From Thermoplasmata archaeon (GTDB taxonomy: Archaea; Thermoplasmatota; Poseidoniia; Poseidoniales; Thalassarchaeaceae), in NCBI GenBank assembly GCA_002727675.1, contig PBXQ01000054.1, forward strand, positions 1 through 56,042: a DNA stretch of 56,042 bases, given 5' to 3'. The stretch's first letter is position 1. Every line of letters begins with the position of its first letter. A program made the translations under genes and the position numbers. The notes beneath the pieces were generated by a model. That model was not told the origin of the DNA, made no database searches, and saw only the letters and a program-made list of their open reading frames with translations. Shown piece after piece: positions 53,338 to 56,042 of this stretch.

Positions 53338-54234
53338 ATGGCGGCAAAAGGAGCGAAAGCACGCGCAGCAGCAAGAAAGCAGAGAGACAAATGGAAGTCA
53401 AAGCGGTGGTTCACGATTAGGGCGCCAAGACAACCTTGGCAATACAAAGTAATTGGAGAAACTCTCGGCGAAACTCGAGAACACCTATTGGGTCGTATTT
53501 ACGAAACAACTCAAAACGAAGTAGATGGCGATTTTAGTAAAATGCATGTTAAACTACGTTTTCGTGTAGTTGATACACGTGGTGAAGATGCTTTAACAGA
53601 ATATATTGGTCACGCTTTCCAGAATGATTTCGTTAGAAGACAAATACGACGTCATCGTGGAAGAGTTGATGACGTTGTAGATTGTGTTACTGCTGATGGC
53701 TATTACATCAGAATCAAACCTGTGGCCGTTGTTGCTAACAGGATTAAGAGTAGTCAAAAGAGTCAAATGAGGAAATTGATGAAAGAATCAATTCTTCAAT
53801 ACACTGCGCGCACTACATGGTTGGATGTTCAGAATTCATTATTAGGTGGTGGCATGGAAAAGATGCTAATTGAATCTATTAAAACAATTCATCCTACTAA
53901 GAGTATTATGATTCGCAAAGTACAATTAATTCAGTCAGGTGTAGTTTCTGAGACAGGACCTACTCTTGAAGAGATTCATGAAGAAGAAAAGAAGTCTTCA
54001 GAAGAAATGGCAGCAAAGAAAGCAGCATCTTTAGAGAAGGCTATGTCTGATGAAGATCTAAGTGACGATTCCGATGATTCCGAATCAGACGATTCATCAA
54101 ATCAAGAAGATGAATCAGAAGTTGTAGAAGATCTTTCATCTCTAAAGGTGGCTGAACTAAAAGAGCGATGTAAAGCAGCGGGACTCAAAGTTGGTGGTAA
54201 AAAAGCCGAGTTAATTGCCCGCTTAAGTGAGTGA
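53338..54234 (+). CDS. rps3ae: 30S ribosomal protein S3Ae (eS1) with acidic linker and C-terminal SAP domain
   Basis: RDKWKSKRWFTIRAP, LGRIYETT, KLRFRV, TADGYYIRIK; tail LSSLKVAELKERCKAAGLKVGGKKAELIARL. Confidence 0.93.
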   Translation: MAAKGAKARAAARKQRDKWKSKRWFTIRAPRQPWQYKVIGETLGETREHLLGRIYETTQNEVDGDFSKMHVKLRFRVVDTRGEDALTEYIGHAFQNDFVRRQIRRHRGRVDDVVDCVTADGYYIRIKPVAVVANRIKSSQKSQMRKLMKESILQYTARTTWLDVQNSLLGGGMEKMLIESIKTIHPTKSIMIRKVQLIQSGVVSETGPTLEEIHEEEKKSSEEMAAKKAASLEKAMSDEDLSDDSDDSESDDSSNQEDESEVVEDLSSLKVAELKERCKAAGLKVGGKKAELIARLSE

Positions 54235-54246
54235 GGTGATTGGATA

Positions 54247-55067
54247 TGCAACGTATCGCCGTCATCGGCGGTACTGGGATGAAGCAACTTGTTGCTGAAT
54301 CTGATTTTGGCAATACAAATTTTGTAGTATTTAGTACAGATTCAGTTGTTGCAGAAACAGATTATGGTGATGTGCCTTTAGAAGTAATTGAAATACAAAA
54401 TGAAGATTATTATGATGAATTTTATTCTGGAGAGGGGCAAAAACCAGACCATTTCATGATTTTTATTATACATCGGCATCATGGTGGGGGAAAAACTACT
54501 CCGCCTCATATGATTAATTATCATGCCAATGTTAAGGCTGCCGAATCTTGTAATCCTGATGTAATTGTATCTATTCAATCAGTTGGGGCAATTGACCCTT
54601 GTTTCCCTCCGGGAATTGTGGGGATGGCAGAGCATACTCTCGATTTCGTAAGCACTCCCGTTACATTTTCTGAAGATGATGCCCATCATGCTGATATGAC
54701 ACACCATTATCCCAAAAATTTGAGAGATATATTAAGACCAATATTATCTGAACAAAGCAATGAAGAACTAAAACTCGATCATATTGTATCTCATGTTAAT
54801 GGGCCTCAGTTTGAAACACCTGCTGAGATTGAGGCATTCTCACGTTTAGGTGCTACTGCAGCAAGTATGACTATTTCTCCTGAGGCGAGGTTGGTTGCTG
54901 AGACTGGTATCCCTCATGTTGGGTTAATTGCATCAAGTAATTGGGCAGCAGGCAAGACTCCTGGTGATGCTACCGCTGAAATTGACCATCACTCCGTAGA
55001 AGCGAAGGCTGCAGATATGCGTGGAATAATTTGGCAGTGCTTAACAGCCCTACTTTCACAAGAATGA
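54247..55067 (+). CDS. MTAP/PNP-family purine nucleoside phosphorylase (probably 6-oxopurine/methylthioinosine type)
   Basis: IAVIGGTG, RHH..PPHMINYHAN, SVG, GPQFETPAEI, MT..PEA, SNWAAG. Confidence 0.88.
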
Positions 55068-55095
55068 TTTTCATCTGCCCATTAGAGGGGTTGCT

Positions 55096-55515
55096 ATGAG
55101 TAGTAGAGCTAGAGATGTAGATGAGTGGATGGCACACCCAAATCAAGATGGTTTGGATGATACGGGTTCTCCCGATGGGTCTTGGGAAACTATGATGTGC
55201 AGAGTTGCTAAATTCCATGATAAACATGATTTTGCGAGTGCAGAAAATAATGGTCACGATATGGGTTACCGACTTGCTTTGATGATTGAGGAATTGGGCG
55301 AATTATCTGCGGCTATAACAAAAAGGAAACCTGCTGAAGAGGCTGCTGAAGAGTTGGCTGACGTATTCATTTTGACTCTTGGGAACGCTTTGGCAATGGA
55401 AGTTGACTTGGAAGCAGCTTTTCACAAGAAGATGGATCGTATAATGCAGAGAAAAGCTAGAAGAGGTAATCTGGGGATTCGTGTTACTGAATACCAAGGA
55501 GATGTTTCTGAATAA
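55096..55515 (+). CDS. MazG-like nucleotide pyrophosphohydrolase
   Basis: LMIEELGELSAAI..AEELADVF..VDLEAAFHKKM. Confidence 0.85.
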   Translation: MSSRARDVDEWMAHPNQDGLDDTGSPDGSWETMMCRVAKFHDKHDFASAENNGHDMGYRLALMIEELGELSAAITKRKPAEEAAEELADVFILTLGNALAMEVDLEAAFHKKMDRIMQRKARRGNLGIRVTEYQGDVSE

Positions 55516-55661
55516 TTGAATAATTATTGTTTCCATGAAATAAATGTGTTCGGGATTAGCTTTAGAAGGGGCTAGAATTTGCTTTAATTAGTAATTTTGG
55601 TTTGAAAATAGTTAATTCAATCTTCACACAGAGTTAAGATTCCCAATACTTACGGAGTTAT

Positions 55662-56024
55662 ATGAATCCAAGTATAAATGTAAACGGGACGGAACTACAA
55701 CCTTGTTCTACTGCTCCAATGACAGGTTGGTATCGTGATGGCTGTTGTAACACCGATTCCAGTGATATAGGTTCTCACACGGTTTGTTGTATTTTGACTG
55801 ACGAATTTCTAAATTTTGCTCGTTCTAAAGGTAATGATTTGATTACTCCTGCCCCACAATTTAATTTCCCAGGGCTCAAAGCAGGTGATCGCTGGTGTGT
55901 CTGTGCACAGACTTGGCTAGATGCGGCCAATGAAGGAGTAGCATGCCCCGTTAGTTTGGAATGCACCCATGAAGAAGCTTTGGCTCTGATACCAATAGAT
56001 TTGTTAGAAGCACATAGCGAATAG
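55662..56024 (+). CDS. DUF2237-family protein
   Basis: PMTGWYRDGCC..GSHTVC..GNDLITP..FPGLKAGDRWCVCA..W..THE. Confidence 0.9.
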   Translation: MNPSINVNGTELQPCSTAPMTGWYRDGCCNTDSSDIGSHTVCCILTDEFLNFARSKGNDLITPAPQFNFPGLKAGDRWCVCAQTWLDAANEGVACPVSLECTHEEALALIPIDLLEAHSE

Positions 56025-56042
56025 TGGCTTACTATAGGGTAG

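Noticed and set aside
55096-55515. MazG (with the HD dNTPase at 1689) as anti-phage defence
   Set aside because: Both sit among housekeeping or salvage genes with no defence-island context

Overview
AT-rich archaeal chromosomal segment, most likely Marine Group II (Ca. Poseidoniales, Thermoplasmatota). This assignment is inferred from the archaeal rpoH-rpoB(unsplit)-rpoA'-rpoA''-L30e operon, eS1, PurP, Pop5, thrombospondin-repeat surface proteins and bacterial-type aerobic metabolism. It is mostly densely packed core genome; I found no mobile element, prophage or CRISPR array. Main blocks: (1) propionyl/methylmalonyl-CoA genes, with the carboxyltransferase interrupted by one in-frame TAA; (2) an asnB-like + gshA pair converging on a 7-gene b6f-type Rieske/cytochrome b operon, whose subunit IV is fused to a complete HdrD/GlpC-like 2x[4Fe-4S]+2xCCG module, with a ferredoxin and a Reeler-like CxCH protein but no c-type cytochrome; (3) a three-part glutamate-synthase-like operon; (4) a HemK-BirA fusion, a candidate structured RNA, tRNA-Lys and the RNA polymerase operon, where Rpo5 and Rpo1C share a homologous extra N-terminal domain; (5) four paralogous COG1340-like coiled-coil genes interleaved with a KaiC-like ATPase and a roadblock protein; (6) pdxS, a ferredoxin, an eS1-SAP fusion and nucleotide salvage genes. 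All calls come from motif recognition by eye; no database searches were run.
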